DNA from: a virus
Length of the DNA stretch: 64,000 nucleotides
Reading direction: 5' to 3' (one strand)
IMG/VR virus record: IMGVR_UViG_3300036401_000102
Coordinates: 2,723 to 66,722 of that record
The notes beneath the pieces are model-generated. The model was not told the DNA's origin and made no database searches. It saw only the letters and a list, made by a program, of their open reading frames with translations. The position numbers were made by a program, and so were the translations under genes. Every line of letters starts with the position of its first letter. The first letter of the stretch is position 1. Of the stretch, positions 1 through 9,493 are shown piece by piece.

Positions 1-1
1 T

Positions 2-94
2 TATTTTGATAAGGACGAAATGGCGTTCACGCAGATCACGTACAACCTATTCGACTTGCAAAAAATATCGTTCACGACCCAGATCGGGTTTTAG
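2..94 (+). CDS. 3' end of a distal tail protein (DUF2460-like), truncated by window edge
   Basis: Open frame YFDKDEMAFTQITYNLFDLQKISFTTQIGF* directly before the DUF2163 gene; resembles the DUF2460 C-terminus and fits its usual position. Confidence 0.55.
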   Translation, partial: YFDKDEMAFTQITYNLFDLQKISFTTQIGF

Positions 95-99
95 CCAAC

Positions 100-1035
100 A
101 TGAAGTCCGCGCCCGCCGCACTCGTCGCGCTGATCAATACGGGCGATTACGTTGATTTCGACGTTTACACGATCAATCTCGCTGGCGGCGCGCTCACGCT
201 GCGCTACACGACGGCGAACTTCAACATCACGGACGGGTTTCACACGTGGTACTCGAACGGCGTTCGCATCTCGAAGGACGGCACGACCGGGCAGGCGCAC
301 TGGAAGACCGGTCTTGACGTCGACACGTGGCAGGTGATTTTCGTGCCACGTCCGTTCGATCAGGTCACAGGCGCGGCGTTCCCCGACAAGATAGGCAACG
401 TGCCGTGGCTTGAGGCGGTCGAGAGCGGCGCACTGGACTACGCCGAGGTCGAGATCGGCCGGGCATACTTCGCCACGGTGCCGACCTATCCTCTCCCCGC
501 TGGGGGCGCGGCGCCGATGGTGGGAACGTCGCTGGTGATCTTTGCCGGAGTGGTGGCAGAGGTGGACACGACGCACATGATCGCAGCCGTGACGATCCGG
601 GACTATCGCACGCTGCTCACGGCGCAGTCCCCGCCTCACGTATTCCAAGCCGCGTGCCGGCATACCCTGTTTGATGTCGGATGTACGTTAAACCCGGCTA
701 CGTTCGCGGTGACGTCCCGGTTCATCTCGGCCGGGTCGACCAAAAACCAGATCATTGCTACGAGCCTGTTCCCACCCGGCGGCTCCGGGACATACAAGCT
801 CGGTCGGCTCGTGATGACGTCGGGGAAAAACGACTCATTCGCACGCACCATTTCTGACTGGGACGGCAACTTCCAACTTACGTTGGTCAATCCGCTGCCA
901 TTCGATCCCGGCGTGGGGGATTCGTTCACGATATATCCGGGATGCGATAAGAGCTTCGCCACATGTGGCGCGTTCGGAAACTCACTGAACTTCGGCGGGT
1001 TCGAATTCGTACCTACTCCAGAGACTGCGATCTAG
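100..1035 (+). CDS. Baseplate hub protein (DUF2163 / BR0599 family, GTA-like)
   Basis: C-terminal 'CRHTLFDVGC' and 'PGCDKSFATC..FGNSLNFGGFEFVP' Cys motifs typical of the family. Confidence 0.9.
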   Translation: MKSAPAALVALINTGDYVDFDVYTINLAGGALTLRYTTANFNITDGFHTWYSNGVRISKDGTTGQAHWKTGLDVDTWQVIFVPRPFDQVTGAAFPDKIGNVPWLEAVESGALDYAEVEIGRAYFATVPTYPLPAGGAAPMVGTSLVIFAGVVAEVDTTHMIAAVTIRDYRTLLTAQSPPHVFQAACRHTLFDVGCTLNPATFAVTSRFISAGSTKNQIIATSLFPPGGSGTYKLGRLVMTSGKNDSFARTISDWDGNFQLTLVNPLPFDPGVGDSFTIYPGCDKSFATCGAFGNSLNFGGFEFVPTPETAI

Positions 1036-1154
1036 CCGGCTGCTTGCCCATCACCGTGGCGGCATGCGCCACAAGATGAGCGCACCCCATATCGTAATCG
1101 TGGCCATTAAAACGAAGAACTGAATGTCGGTCATATTGCCCCGGTCATCGCTTA

Positions 1155-1540
1155 TCAACACGGCTCGACTTCGATGCCGCGAATGAACTTATGTTCGTTG
1201 CCGACCTGATCCTCGGCAGTACGAACGGTGACGCGCCCGAGCCGAGGCACGCGCTTTTCTTCATCGCGAATCACCTTGTAACGTGTCCCGCCGGCACCCA
1301 TGCCATAGCCGCCGATCGGCAAATCCATAATATTCATGGCCCGCTTCCTGCCTCTCAACGCGCCGCTGGGCTTCGCTGCCACGGCCACGACTGAATTTTG
1401 AAACCGCCGCTGAAGCCGAAAATTGCCCACCAGAGCGAGTAATTTTCATGACGCCATCCGATCTGGCATCGCCGTAGATTCGCACGGCTGAACCAAATCC
1501 ATCCGCCATTGTAGGGCGAGTGCCAAAGCCTGATGTGCAT
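1155..1540 (-). CDS. Two small hypothetical proteins (1355-1540 and 1155-1337)
   Basis: Short ORFs, each preceded by an SD-like sequence (CAGGAG; GGCAGGAAG); co-oriented with the accessory cassette. Confidence 0.4.
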
Positions 1541-1563
1541 TGTTGACTCCTGTATATTGCGGC

Positions 1564-1842
1564 TCAGTCCGCCGTGATCGCATCGCGCTTGAGGATGCTG
1601 TCGATCATCCATTCATATCCGCAGAAACGGTTGGTGGCCTTCTCGCGCGGTGACGCCTCTCGGACGCGCACGGCAGCAACCCAGCCGTCGCCGAAGCTGT
1701 ATGTGTACCTGGGCTTCAACGCCTCAGCCTTCGCGGCTGGGAGTGTCTTGGCCACCGTGTAGGTGTTGCCTGCTCCGCTCCATTTGCCGTCCCATGAATT
1801 GTTCGACGGCATCGACAACTCGAATATCACTCGCTTTCCCAT
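1564..1842 (-). CDS. Hypothetical phage protein
   Basis: 92-aa ORF with ACAGGAG SD and protein-like composition. Confidence 0.7.
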   Translation of the reverse strand: MGKRVIFELSMPSNNSWDGKWSGAGNTYTVAKTLPAAKAEALKPRYTYSFGDGWVAAVRVREASPREKATNRFCGYEWMIDSILKRDAITAD

Positions 1843-1878
1843 CGTTCTCTCCTGTGGTGGTGACGACGCATCAACGCG

Positions 1879-2259
1879 TCAGTGTCCATCGATGTAGAAG
1901 GCATCCGGTTCATGTCGAGGCTCGTCTTCCTCGCCACGCTGACACTTGGCGGGCTCAAGATCGTCCTTTCCGAAGTGGTCACGCGCCTCTTCGTCGTTCG
2001 TCGCGACAAAGCCGCAGTGATAGCAGCACCAGATTTTGGTCGCCGCCGCCCAACGCCGCGCTAGGATCAGCGGATTGTGGTGGCAAAACTCGGCGGTGTG
2101 GCCGGAGTCCTCGCAGACCGAACAGCAGATATGCCGGCACTCGGCTTGCCGTTTGGCGTTCTGTAGGTCGGCGATAGCTTCATCGTAGTCCGCATCTGTG
2201 ATCGGACCTTCGCGGTAGCAGACACCTGCTTCAATCGTCATGGCGCGTGTATTCCCCAT
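1879..2259 (-). CDS. Hypothetical Cys/His-rich (zinc-binding) protein
   Basis: CSVC..GH...C and CYHC motifs. Confidence 0.65.
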   Translation of the reverse strand: MGNTRAMTIEAGVCYREGPITDADYDEAIADLQNAKRQAECRHICCSVCEDSGHTAEFCHHNPLILARRWAAATKIWCCYHCGFVATNDEEARDHFGKDDLEPAKCQRGEEDEPRHEPDAFYIDGH

Positions 2260-2271
2260 TATTGCGGCAGA

Positions 2272-2532
2272 TCAGGACTCGCGCCGTTTCTTGAGCCACC
2301 GATCATCGTGGCGGCGCATCAAATCCTTGATGCTCCATTCTGCCGCTAAGCGCACACCCTCAGGCGTGAGTGAGGCGTAGCCGTGCTCGTGCCACGCAAG
2401 CCCGGCGCGGCACAGTTCTCCGCGACCATTCTTGCTACAAACGTTGCCGTCCCAGGTTGGTCCGCTGACGTATAGCTGGCCGAGCATTTCAACAGCGGCG
2501 GGAGAAAGCGCATTGGTCGCGAAGGCTGTCAT
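2272..2532 (-). CDS. Hypothetical protein
   Basis: ORF starting MTAFATN; start overlaps the upstream stop (ATGA coupling). Confidence 0.6.
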   Translation of the reverse strand: MTAFATNALSPAAVEMLGQLYVSGPTWDGNVCSKNGRGELCRAGLAWHEHGYASLTPEGVRLAAEWSIKDLMRRHDDRWLKKRRES

Positions 2533-2885
2533 CGTTCCTGTCCTTTCGGTTTTCGCCAAAGCAGACCGCCGGGGTGTTGCGGGTAGATATCGTGCCCGTC
2601 CTGCACCATCGCGTGCCCATCGGGCCACTCGCCAGAATAGGTGCATTTGAAAATACCGGTTGATCCAATCTGGACGACCTCAAATTCACTGCCGTCCTTC
2701 GGGCAATAGATACCGTCGTTGAAGCCCATTTCCCGAAGCCGCTGATAGGCTTCCCAAAGGACGGCAAGCGTTGCGTTTAGAGATGGCATTGCGACGCGGC
2801 GTGCCTGAGCCGACTTCAACGATTTGTCCCAAAGCTCGCTGATCTTCTCGTCTTGGGAGGTGGCTTGCATCGCCATAGCGTTCAT
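2529..2885 (-). CDS. Hypothetical phage protein
   Basis: 118-aa ORF with GGAG SD; 'YCPKDGSEF' motif. Confidence 0.65.
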   Translation of the reverse strand: MNAMAMQATSQDEKISELWDKSLKSAQARRVAMPSLNATLAVLWEAYQRLREMGFNDGIYCPKDGSEFEVVQIGSTGIFKCTYSGEWPDGHAMVQDGHDIYPQHPGGLLWRKPKGQER

Positions 2886-2897
2886 CTCCGGTTATTG

Positions 2898-3389
2898 CTA
2901 CGCCGCCTTGGCGTTCGCCTGTAACTCTGCTCGGACTTCCATCCAGAGCTTGCCGAGCATATTCTGGCCGATGCGGTCTGAGCCCCAACCCCAGAAATCG
3001 TCCCGCCAACTGTTCTCGATCAATGTGCGTTCGCCGGTCGCCAGCAGCTTCCGCCGCACGTATTCGTGCTGATCGGCCTTGGCGCGGAGAATGTTGCGCA
3101 TCACATTGACTTTCACGTCATCCCAATCAGCCCGTCTGGCTGACCGATACTTCTCCGCGATCTTGAATGCCTCATGTGCCGAAGGCGCCTCGCGGATCAA
3201 TGCCGCGACGCCGGGGCTGTCGGGCATGAATTTGCACCAATGGTAGGCCGCCTCTGATGTGTCGAAGCGCAGCGCCTTTTTGTGGTCCACAGGCCACTGC
3301 AGGGTGAATGCCGAGAAGTTCGACAGGACATAGAAGTCCTGCTCGTAGAAGAACACCTGCCGCTCGTTGTCGAGCCCGTGACATTCCAT
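2898..3389 (-). CDS. NADAR family protein (YbiA/DUF1768; ADP-ribosyl/N-glycosidase fold)
   Basis: LSNF, TSEAAYHWCKF, RADWDDVK..VM, KADQH, LLATG...LIENS..D.FWG and GQNMLGKLWMEVR motifs. Confidence 0.9.
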   Translation of the reverse strand: MECHGLDNERQVFFYEQDFYVLSNFSAFTLQWPVDHKKALRFDTSEAAYHWCKFMPDSPGVAALIREAPSAHEAFKIAEKYRSARRADWDDVKVNVMRNILRAKADQHEYVRRKLLATGERTLIENSWRDDFWGWGSDRIGQNMLGKLWMEVRAELQANAKAA

Positions 3390-3419
3390 CGTCTCTCTCC
3401 TGTGCCGCGTTGACGGCCC

Positions 3420-3635
3420 CTATGCGCGCCAATTGACGGCGATCACCATCGCTCCGAATACGATTGCGGCGAATAATATGCCACCTCCCACGACCGCCGT
3501 GAGGGCGCGCAGTTTGATCTCATACGAGAGCGGGCCTCCGAATCCAGGGATGCATACCCATGCTATTCCGCCCGCGCTCGCTGCGATCAGTACGTAGGCG
3601 CTTAGTCCTCTAAGAATGTCGGCGGCAAACTGCAT
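3420..3635 (-). CDS. Small two-TM membrane protein
   Basis: Two hydrophobic stretches; AGGAGAGG SD. Confidence 0.6.
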   Translation of the reverse strand: MQFAADILRGLSAYVLIAASAGGIAWVCIPGFGGPLSYEIKLRALTAVVGGGILFAAIVFGAMVIAVNWRA

Positions 3636-3657
3636 CTGTCCTCTCCTGGCCCGGTGG

Positions 3658-3867
3658 TTAGGCGGCCGGTTCCAGCCGCTGCGCTCCGCACGTCAGGGCG
3701 AAATAGGCTTTCTCGCCGGTCACGTCATGAACGACATCGCAGCGCCCATGATTGTCTGCGGTGCAGGCTTCGACGGTCACCACGTCGCCGAGCTTTGCAA
3801 ACCCAGGTGCACCCATGCCGGTGATCTTAAGCTTGTCGCCGGATTTTACTTTCGCGTAGTCGATCAT
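3658..3867 (-). CDS. Small hypothetical protein (SH3-like beta composition)
   Basis: ORF starting MIDYAKVKSGDK with ACAGGAGG SD. Confidence 0.6.
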   Translation of the reverse strand: MIDYAKVKSGDKLKITGMGAPGFAKLGDVVTVEACTADNHGRCDVVHDVTGEKAYFALTCGAQRLEPAA

Positions 3868-3960
3868 TCTCGCCTCCTGTGGCGGCACCCTGCCGGTCTG
3901 ACGATAGCCAATCGTCGCGCACCGTGCCATAGGAGGGATATCCTAGCGCGGGGGCGGTTG

Positions 3961-4419
3961 ATGGACGCCAAAGAGCAAGCCGAGCGCGCCACCGTGGTCG
4001 CCGAGGCGCGGAGTTGGGTTGGGTGTCCGTATCATCATCAAGCTCGGCTCAAAGGTGTGGGGATAGATTGTGCGACACTGCTCGCGGCCGTTTTTGAAAA
4101 CTGCGGCCTCGTCGCTCCGGTCGACATCCCGAACTACTCGCCGCAATGGTTCATGCATCAGGACGCCGAGCTTTACATGGAGCGCGTGCTCCAGCACGCC
4201 AAGGCGACGGACGACCCCAAGCCGGGCGATGTCGCGCTCTGGAAGATCGGCAAATGCTTCGCGCACGGCGCCATCATCGTGGCCCCGGGCTGGCCCGCCA
4301 TCATTCACGCCTATAAACCGGCCGGACTTGTGCTAGAAGCCAAGGGAACCGATGCGTCCCTGATGACGCACTACAAGTCAGGGAAACCACGCGAGGTCAA
4401 ATTCTTCACGCGGTGGTGA
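3961..4419 (+). CDS. NlpC/P60 family tail-tip peptidase
   Basis: ARSWVGCPYHHQ...GIDC and HGAI...IIHA catalytic motifs; lies directly before the central tail protein. Confidence 0.92.
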   Translation: MDAKEQAERATVVAEARSWVGCPYHHQARLKGVGIDCATLLAAVFENCGLVAPVDIPNYSPQWFMHQDAELYMERVLQHAKATDDPKPGDVALWKIGKCFAHGAIIVAPGWPAIIHAYKPAGLVLEAKGTDASLMTHYKSGKPREVKFFTRW

Positions 4420-4423
4420 CCCG

Positions 4424-7400
4424 ATGTCATGGATTTTCAGTCCCGATTCTCAGGTCAACAATACCGCGCCGGTCCCGTCGCCCGGATTGCGCATCCAGAA
4501 TGCGGTTCAGGGTATTCCTATCCCGTTGCTGCTGGCGGGACAGCAGCGGTTCGCCGGCAACCTGATCTATTACAACGATTTCAAGGCGACATCGCAGGAC
4601 AATAGCCCCAGCGGATCCGGCAAGGGTAGCGTGGGTGGTGGCGGCGGCGGCAAAGGCGCGACGTCGAGTAACGTCACCTATACTTACAGCGCGGCGTTCA
4701 TCATGGCGCTATGCGAGGGACCGGTCTCGGGCATCCTGTCGGTCTGGAACAACAAGACGAACCAGACGCTCGGCGATCTCAATCTCGTGGCGTTCGTGGG
4801 CACGACAACACAGACCGCATGGGGCTACGTCGTGGCGGCACATCCCGCCGACGCGCGCGCGTATCGCGGCATCGCCTACGCGGCGGCGGGGCCATTCGAG
4901 ATGGGCAACACGGACCAGTTGCCCAATCTGAGTTTCGAAGTCATTGCGGTCAACGCCAACGTGATCGCCGGTCTTCCGGATGGCGATGTGTCGCAAGCCG
5001 TGGCCGACCTTTTCATCTCGGCGTATTTCGGTGTTGGCTTTCCGGCTTCCCGCTGGGCCGATCAAACGGACTGGTCAAACTACTCGCGCGCCGCCGGCAT
5101 GGTGGTCTCTCCGATCCTGAACAGCCAGACCGACGCGGCATCGATCGCGCGCGACATGATCGAATACACGAACTGCGATGCGCGATGGTCGTCCGGGCTT
5201 TTGAAGATCGTACCGCGCGCCGCTGGCGTCATTTCCGGAAACGGTTATCGCTATGACCCAAACCTGACGCCGATCTACGATTTTACGGTGAATGATTTCC
5301 TGCCCAATCAAGGGTCGATGGGCACGAAAGGAAGCGGAACGGTCCCGCTTGTGGTGTCGCGTACGCCACAGGTCGACATGATCAACAACGTGAAGGTCGA
5401 ATATCTCGACCGCACGAACTCCTACAATCCGGTCGCGATAGAGCGCAAGGACGAGGCTGCGATCATCGCGTTTCGTGAGCGGCCGTCGTCAAGCAAATCG
5501 TTGCATTTCTTCTGTGATGCGAACGCGGCTGGCATGGCGGCGTCGCTCCGGCTGATTCGCGAGCGCATCGCACGCACGTATCAGTGGACCGCAGGGCGGC
5601 GGTTCATTCTGCTGGACTGCACCGACCTTGTCACGGTGACCGATCCGAGCCGCAACATCGTGCGGCAATTGGTGCGCATCACGGAAATTCAGGAGGCGCC
5701 GGACAGGACGCTAATCTTCACGGCAGAGGAATGGCCGGGGACGGCACAGCCCCCGCTTTACGGGCATCAGGCTTCATCGGGATACGTGCCGAACCTCAAC
5801 GCCGACCCGGGCGGCATCAATGATCCTATCATCTTCGAGCCGACCGACGCGCTCGGCGGCGGACTGCAAATCTGGGGCGGCATCTCGGGCCAGGACAAGA
5901 CGCTATGGGGCGGCGCCGACATATTCGCGTCGTACGACAACATTAACTACCAGCGGGTCGGCCGCGTGCTCGGTCCGGCGCGCGCGGGGGCGCTCACGTC
6001 ATTGCTGCTCAACGTTGCGATCAATCCGACTGGACAGACCATCGACGCGGCGAATGTATTGAAGGTTGATCTGTCCGCATCGGGCGGAACGCTTTCATCC
6101 GGCACGCAGCTTGACGCCACGTCGCTCAATACCATGAGTTATGTCGACGGAGAGGTGATCGCGTATCAGACAGCGACGCTGACCGGCCCTAATGCTTACA
6201 GCCTCACCTATTTGGTGAGGGGGGCATTCGATACGCCGATCGGTGGGCACGCCATCGGGACGCAGTTCCTGCGGCTTGACAATTCCGTGTTCAAGGTGCC
6301 GTTCGATCAGACCCGCATTGGGTCTACGATCTATCTCAAGTTTCAGAGCTTCAACATCTGGGGCGGTGGGGCGCCTCAACTCGCCGACCTCAATCCGTAC
6401 ACCTATGTCATCCAGGGCACGGCGCTGGCATCGCCGCTTCCGAACGTCACCGATCTGCGCACGGTGTTCGTGGACGGCTTCACCAATCTGGATTGGACCG
6501 AGGTCACGGACTTCCGTCAGGTGCGCTATGAGATCAGGCTTGGCGCGGCGTGGGACTCGGCGCTCTCGCTTGGCACCGTGGCGCATCCGCCGTTCGTCGT
6601 GCCGGGCCTCGGCACCTACTGGGTTTCCGCCGTGTCCCAGCCGGCCGCCGGGCTCATCGTTTACAGCGAAGTACCGCAGTCAGTCACGATAGCCGGCGCG
6701 ATGCTGGTGCAGAACGTGGTGGCGATATGGGACGAGAAGGCGACGGGCTGGAGCGGATCGTTCACCGGTGGCTCTGGCATCGACGTTTCGCTGAACGCCA
6801 TACGCACAGGCGGCTCGGGTGACGTGCTGACGCAGACGGATTTCCTGAATATCACCGATATTCTGACGATGGGCGGAAACCAGAACGGCACGTACGAAAT
6901 TCCGTCAACGCATGTGATCGATGCGGGGTTCACGGTCAACGCTGCGGTGTCGGTGAAGTGGCTCCCGACTGGAGTCCCTGTCGGTCAGGATATCTTGGGC
7001 GTTGGTGACTTCCTCGGAATGCCCGACGTGCTCGGCTCTGCATCGACGCGCTTCATCGACGTGTTTCCGGAGATCAGGGTCGGCGACTTCGTCGGCGATC
7101 TCTACGCAGATGGCGATCTCTACGAACAGTTTGATCTCTATCGCGACACGACATGGAGTGCGTGGCAGCGGTTCACGCCCGGCGTCTATCGCGGCCGGTT
7201 TTTCGATTTCCGTATGCAGTTGCAGACCATCGATCCGCAGACCATCGCCTACGCGCTGGAGTTCAGCTTTACGGTGGACGTACCGGACCGAGTCGACACG
7301 TTCACCAACCTGACCGTGCTCGCGGCGGGTAACACCGTGACGTTCCAGCCGAACGGCGCGGCCTCTCCGGCCCCGTTCACGGGCGGCCCGAACGGCGCCA

Positions 7401-7552
7401 CGGTGCCATTGATCCAAATCACGATATTGGATGAGCAGTCCGGCGACCGGGCATCGATCACGGGCGAGACGCTGGCCCAATGCACGGTCCAGATAATCAA
7501 TGCTGGTGTCGGCGTTCAAAGACGGGTAAATCTCACCGCTCAAGGATACTAG
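4424..7552 (+). CDS. Central tail-tip / host-specificity protein (lambda J / GTA megatron-like)
   Basis: 1042 aa; 'G.PIP...G..R.AGNLIY', 'ALCEGP', 'YRGIAY', 'LPNLSFEV', 'L.RG..DT....H..G' motifs. Confidence 0.88.
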   Translation: MSWIFSPDSQVNNTAPVPSPGLRIQNAVQGIPIPLLLAGQQRFAGNLIYYNDFKATSQDNSPSGSGKGSVGGGGGGKGATSSNVTYTYSAAFIMALCEGPVSGILSVWNNKTNQTLGDLNLVAFVGTTTQTAWGYVVAAHPADARAYRGIAYAAAGPFEMGNTDQLPNLSFEVIAVNANVIAGLPDGDVSQAVADLFISAYFGVGFPASRWADQTDWSNYSRAAGMVVSPILNSQTDAASIARDMIEYTNCDARWSSGLLKIVPRAAGVISGNGYRYDPNLTPIYDFTVNDFLPNQGSMGTKGSGTVPLVVSRTPQVDMINNVKVEYLDRTNSYNPVAIERKDEAAIIAFRERPSSSKSLHFFCDANAAGMAASLRLIRERIARTYQWTAGRRFILLDCTDLVTVTDPSRNIVRQLVRITEIQEAPDRTLIFTAEEWPGTAQPPLYGHQASSGYVPNLNADPGGINDPIIFEPTDALGGGLQIWGGISGQDKTLWGGADIFASYDNINYQRVGRVLGPARAGALTSLLLNVAINPTGQTIDAANVLKVDLSASGGTLSSGTQLDATSLNTMSYVDGEVIAYQTATLTGPNAYSLTYLVRGAFDTPIGGHAIGTQFLRLDNSVFKVPFDQTRIGSTIYLKFQSFNIWGGGAPQLADLNPYTYVIQGTALASPLPNVTDLRTVFVDGFTNLDWTEVTDFRQVRYEIRLGAAWDSALSLGTVAHPPFVVPGLGTYWVSAVSQPAAGLIVYSEVPQSVTIAGAMLVQNVVAIWDEKATGWSGSFTGGSGIDVSLNAIRTGGSGDVLTQTDFLNITDILTMGGNQNGTYEIPSTHVIDAGFTVNAAVSVKWLPTGVPVGQDILGVGDFLGMPDVLGSASTRFIDVFPEIRVGDFVGDLYADGDLYEQFDLYRDTTWSAWQRFTPGVYRGRFFDFRMQLQTIDPQTIAYALEFSFTVDVPDRVDTFTNLTVLAAGNTVTFQPNGAASPAPFTGGPNGATVPLIQITILDEQSGDRASITGETLAQCTVQIINAGVGVQRRVNLTAQGY

Positions 7553-7569
7553 TCCCATCGGAGCACGTC

Positions 7570-9216
7570 ATGTCGCAATTTCTGGCCCGAATCCTCGTCG
7601 CTCTTTCGGTCCTTTGCGCCACGACTGCCCAAGCCACCCAGACATCGCTCGTCACGCCCGGCCCGCCGCTCACGATGGCGAACCTCGCGACGTTCCTCAA
7701 CAATGCGTTTCTGACCTTGGGCGGCTGTAGCTCGGGCGCGTCCGCTCCCGCCCCGGTCGCATCCGCTCCGATCGTTTATCAGTGCTGGATCGACACGACG
7801 GCTAACCCACGCATCGTCAAAATCTATGACGGCGCGAACTGGGTCAGCGTCGCGAACCTCGACGTGTCGGCGCATACCTATCAGCCGATCATCGCGACGA
7901 TCAAGAACGGGTCCGGCACGATCACGCTTCCGACCACGACCGACACGTTGATGGGGCGTGCCACGACCGACACGATGACCGGGAAAACGTACGACACGGC
8001 GGGCTCCGGCAACTCGTTCCTGATCAATGGACTTGCCGCGACTGCGAACACTGGAACAGGGGCAGTCGTGCGCGCCGCTGCGCCAATCGTGACAGGAGGA
8101 ACGTTTCAATCTCTTGCGGCTGTCAGCCTTGCCAATAGCGGGTTTAATTTTGATTTTGTCGTAGGCGATACGTTAAGTGCCAATAGGTCGGTTACGTTCA
8201 AGGGAAACAATGTCAATCGGACAATAGACCTCAGCGGAAACGTCACCACTGGCGGCGCGTTCGTTACCGGTGGAGCGTTGACGCTTCCTGCCATTCTTCA
8301 AGGCGATCTGATGTACGGGTCGTCATCTGGCGGCATGTCGGCGCTGAACAAAAATACGACGGCGTCGCGATATCTCGCCAACACCGGCACGACGAACAAC
8401 CCCGCGTGGGATCAGGTCGACCTCACCAACGGTGTCAAGAATGCCCTCCCGGTCGCGAACGGCGGAACGAACGCATCGTCAGCGAGCGGCACTGCCGTCG
8501 ACAATATCAGCGGGTTTGCGTCCACCGGAATCATGTCGCGCACGGGCGCCGGGACATACACGTTCTCGACACTGACCGCGCTGATGGATAGCGGGCTGTG
8601 CTCGACGCAGGGCGATATCATTTTCCGAGGCGCGTCGACTTGGTCGTGCCTCGCTACGGCTGTGGCCGGCAACGTCCTTACGACGCAGGGCGCTGGCAAT
8701 AACCCGACATGGACATCAGTCGGTGGCACCGGCACGGTCACGAGCGTCATTTGTGGCAGCGTCACGATCACAACGACCGGAACATGCTCATCGCCGTACT
8801 TCTCCGCAAATCTATCTGCATCTTCCGGCTCGATCACGAACGGAACCCCGACGAAGATTCAATTCAATACAGAGACGAACGACAGCAACGGATGGTACGA
8901 CAACGCCACCAATTTTCGGTTCACGCCGTTACTGGCTGGCCGCTATCGCGTTGTGGTCAACGTGGAATGTGACGGCACAACGATCTCAGGGTGCTATGCC
9001 TACATTTACAAGAACGGGTCGCAGTTTGCTTACATCCCGACGCAAGCCCCGGGTGCCACTTTTGGGACATCGTCTGTAAGCGCAATCATTCAGATGAACG
9101 GCAGCACTGATTTCGTTGAGGGGTGGGGGCGCATCAATGGAACAGGAACTTTGACATTCAATGGGCAGACCGCTCCCGTTGTAACCACGTTCGCTGCAAA
9201 CTTTATTTCACCGTAG
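7570..9216 (+). CDS. Tail fibre-like protein with N-terminal signal peptide and C-terminal C1q-like domain
   Basis: Gly/Thr/Ser-rich repeats (LPVANGGT, GDIIFRGASTW); C-terminal F.P..AG.Y...GS.D.VE pattern; N-terminus MSQFLARILVALSVLCATTAQA. Confidence 0.75.
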   Translation: MSQFLARILVALSVLCATTAQATQTSLVTPGPPLTMANLATFLNNAFLTLGGCSSGASAPAPVASAPIVYQCWIDTTANPRIVKIYDGANWVSVANLDVSAHTYQPIIATIKNGSGTITLPTTTDTLMGRATTDTMTGKTYDTAGSGNSFLINGLAATANTGTGAVVRAAAPIVTGGTFQSLAAVSLANSGFNFDFVVGDTLSANRSVTFKGNNVNRTIDLSGNVTTGGAFVTGGALTLPAILQGDLMYGSSSGGMSALNKNTTASRYLANTGTTNNPAWDQVDLTNGVKNALPVANGGTNASSASGTAVDNISGFASTGIMSRTGAGTYTFSTLTALMDSGLCSTQGDIIFRGASTWSCLATAVAGNVLTTQGAGNNPTWTSVGGTGTVTSVICGSVTITTTGTCSSPYFSANLSASSGSITNGTPTKIQFNTETNDSNGWYDNATNFRFTPLLAGRYRVVVNVECDGTTISGCYAYIYKNGSQFAYIPTQAPGATFGTSSVSAIIQMNGSTDFVEGWGRINGTGTLTFNGQTAPVVTTFAANFISP

Positions 9217-9226
9217 AGAGGCCGCC

Positions 9227-9493
9227 ATGATCAGGTTTGTAATTGCATTCTCTCTTTGGCTCTGGCCTCTCGGTGCCATCGGTGAGCCTGGGCCGCTGCA
9301 GCAAAAGATTGAGTCATTCCTCGGCAAGAGCGGGAAAAAAGTCGACTTCAATGCGCGGCGACCGCTTGTCGAAATGGAAAACCAGTCCAACGGGAGAGGC
9401 GACTACATCGCAAAATGGGATAACACGCTCGGCGCAGTTCCGACTGCGGCCGATGGTTTCACGGATTACGAACTGCACAGGATTAAAAAATGA
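9227..9493 (+). CDS. XkdW-like tail fibre accessory protein with hydrophobic leader
   Basis: 'NQSNGRGDYIAKWDNTLGAVPT' resembles the XkdW core; follows the fibre gene. Confidence 0.55.
   Translation: MIRFVIAFSLWLWPLGAIGEPGPLQQKIESFLGKSGKKVDFNARRPLVEMENQSNGRGDYIAKWDNTLGAVPTAADGFTDYELHRIKK

Noticed and set aside
3616-3960. Extended N-termini given by the ORF track (NlpC/P60 from 3616, fibre from 7480, Toprim from 23885, DnaB from 27925)
   Set aside because: They overlap other genes; downstream ATGs have SDs or coupling and match family N-termini
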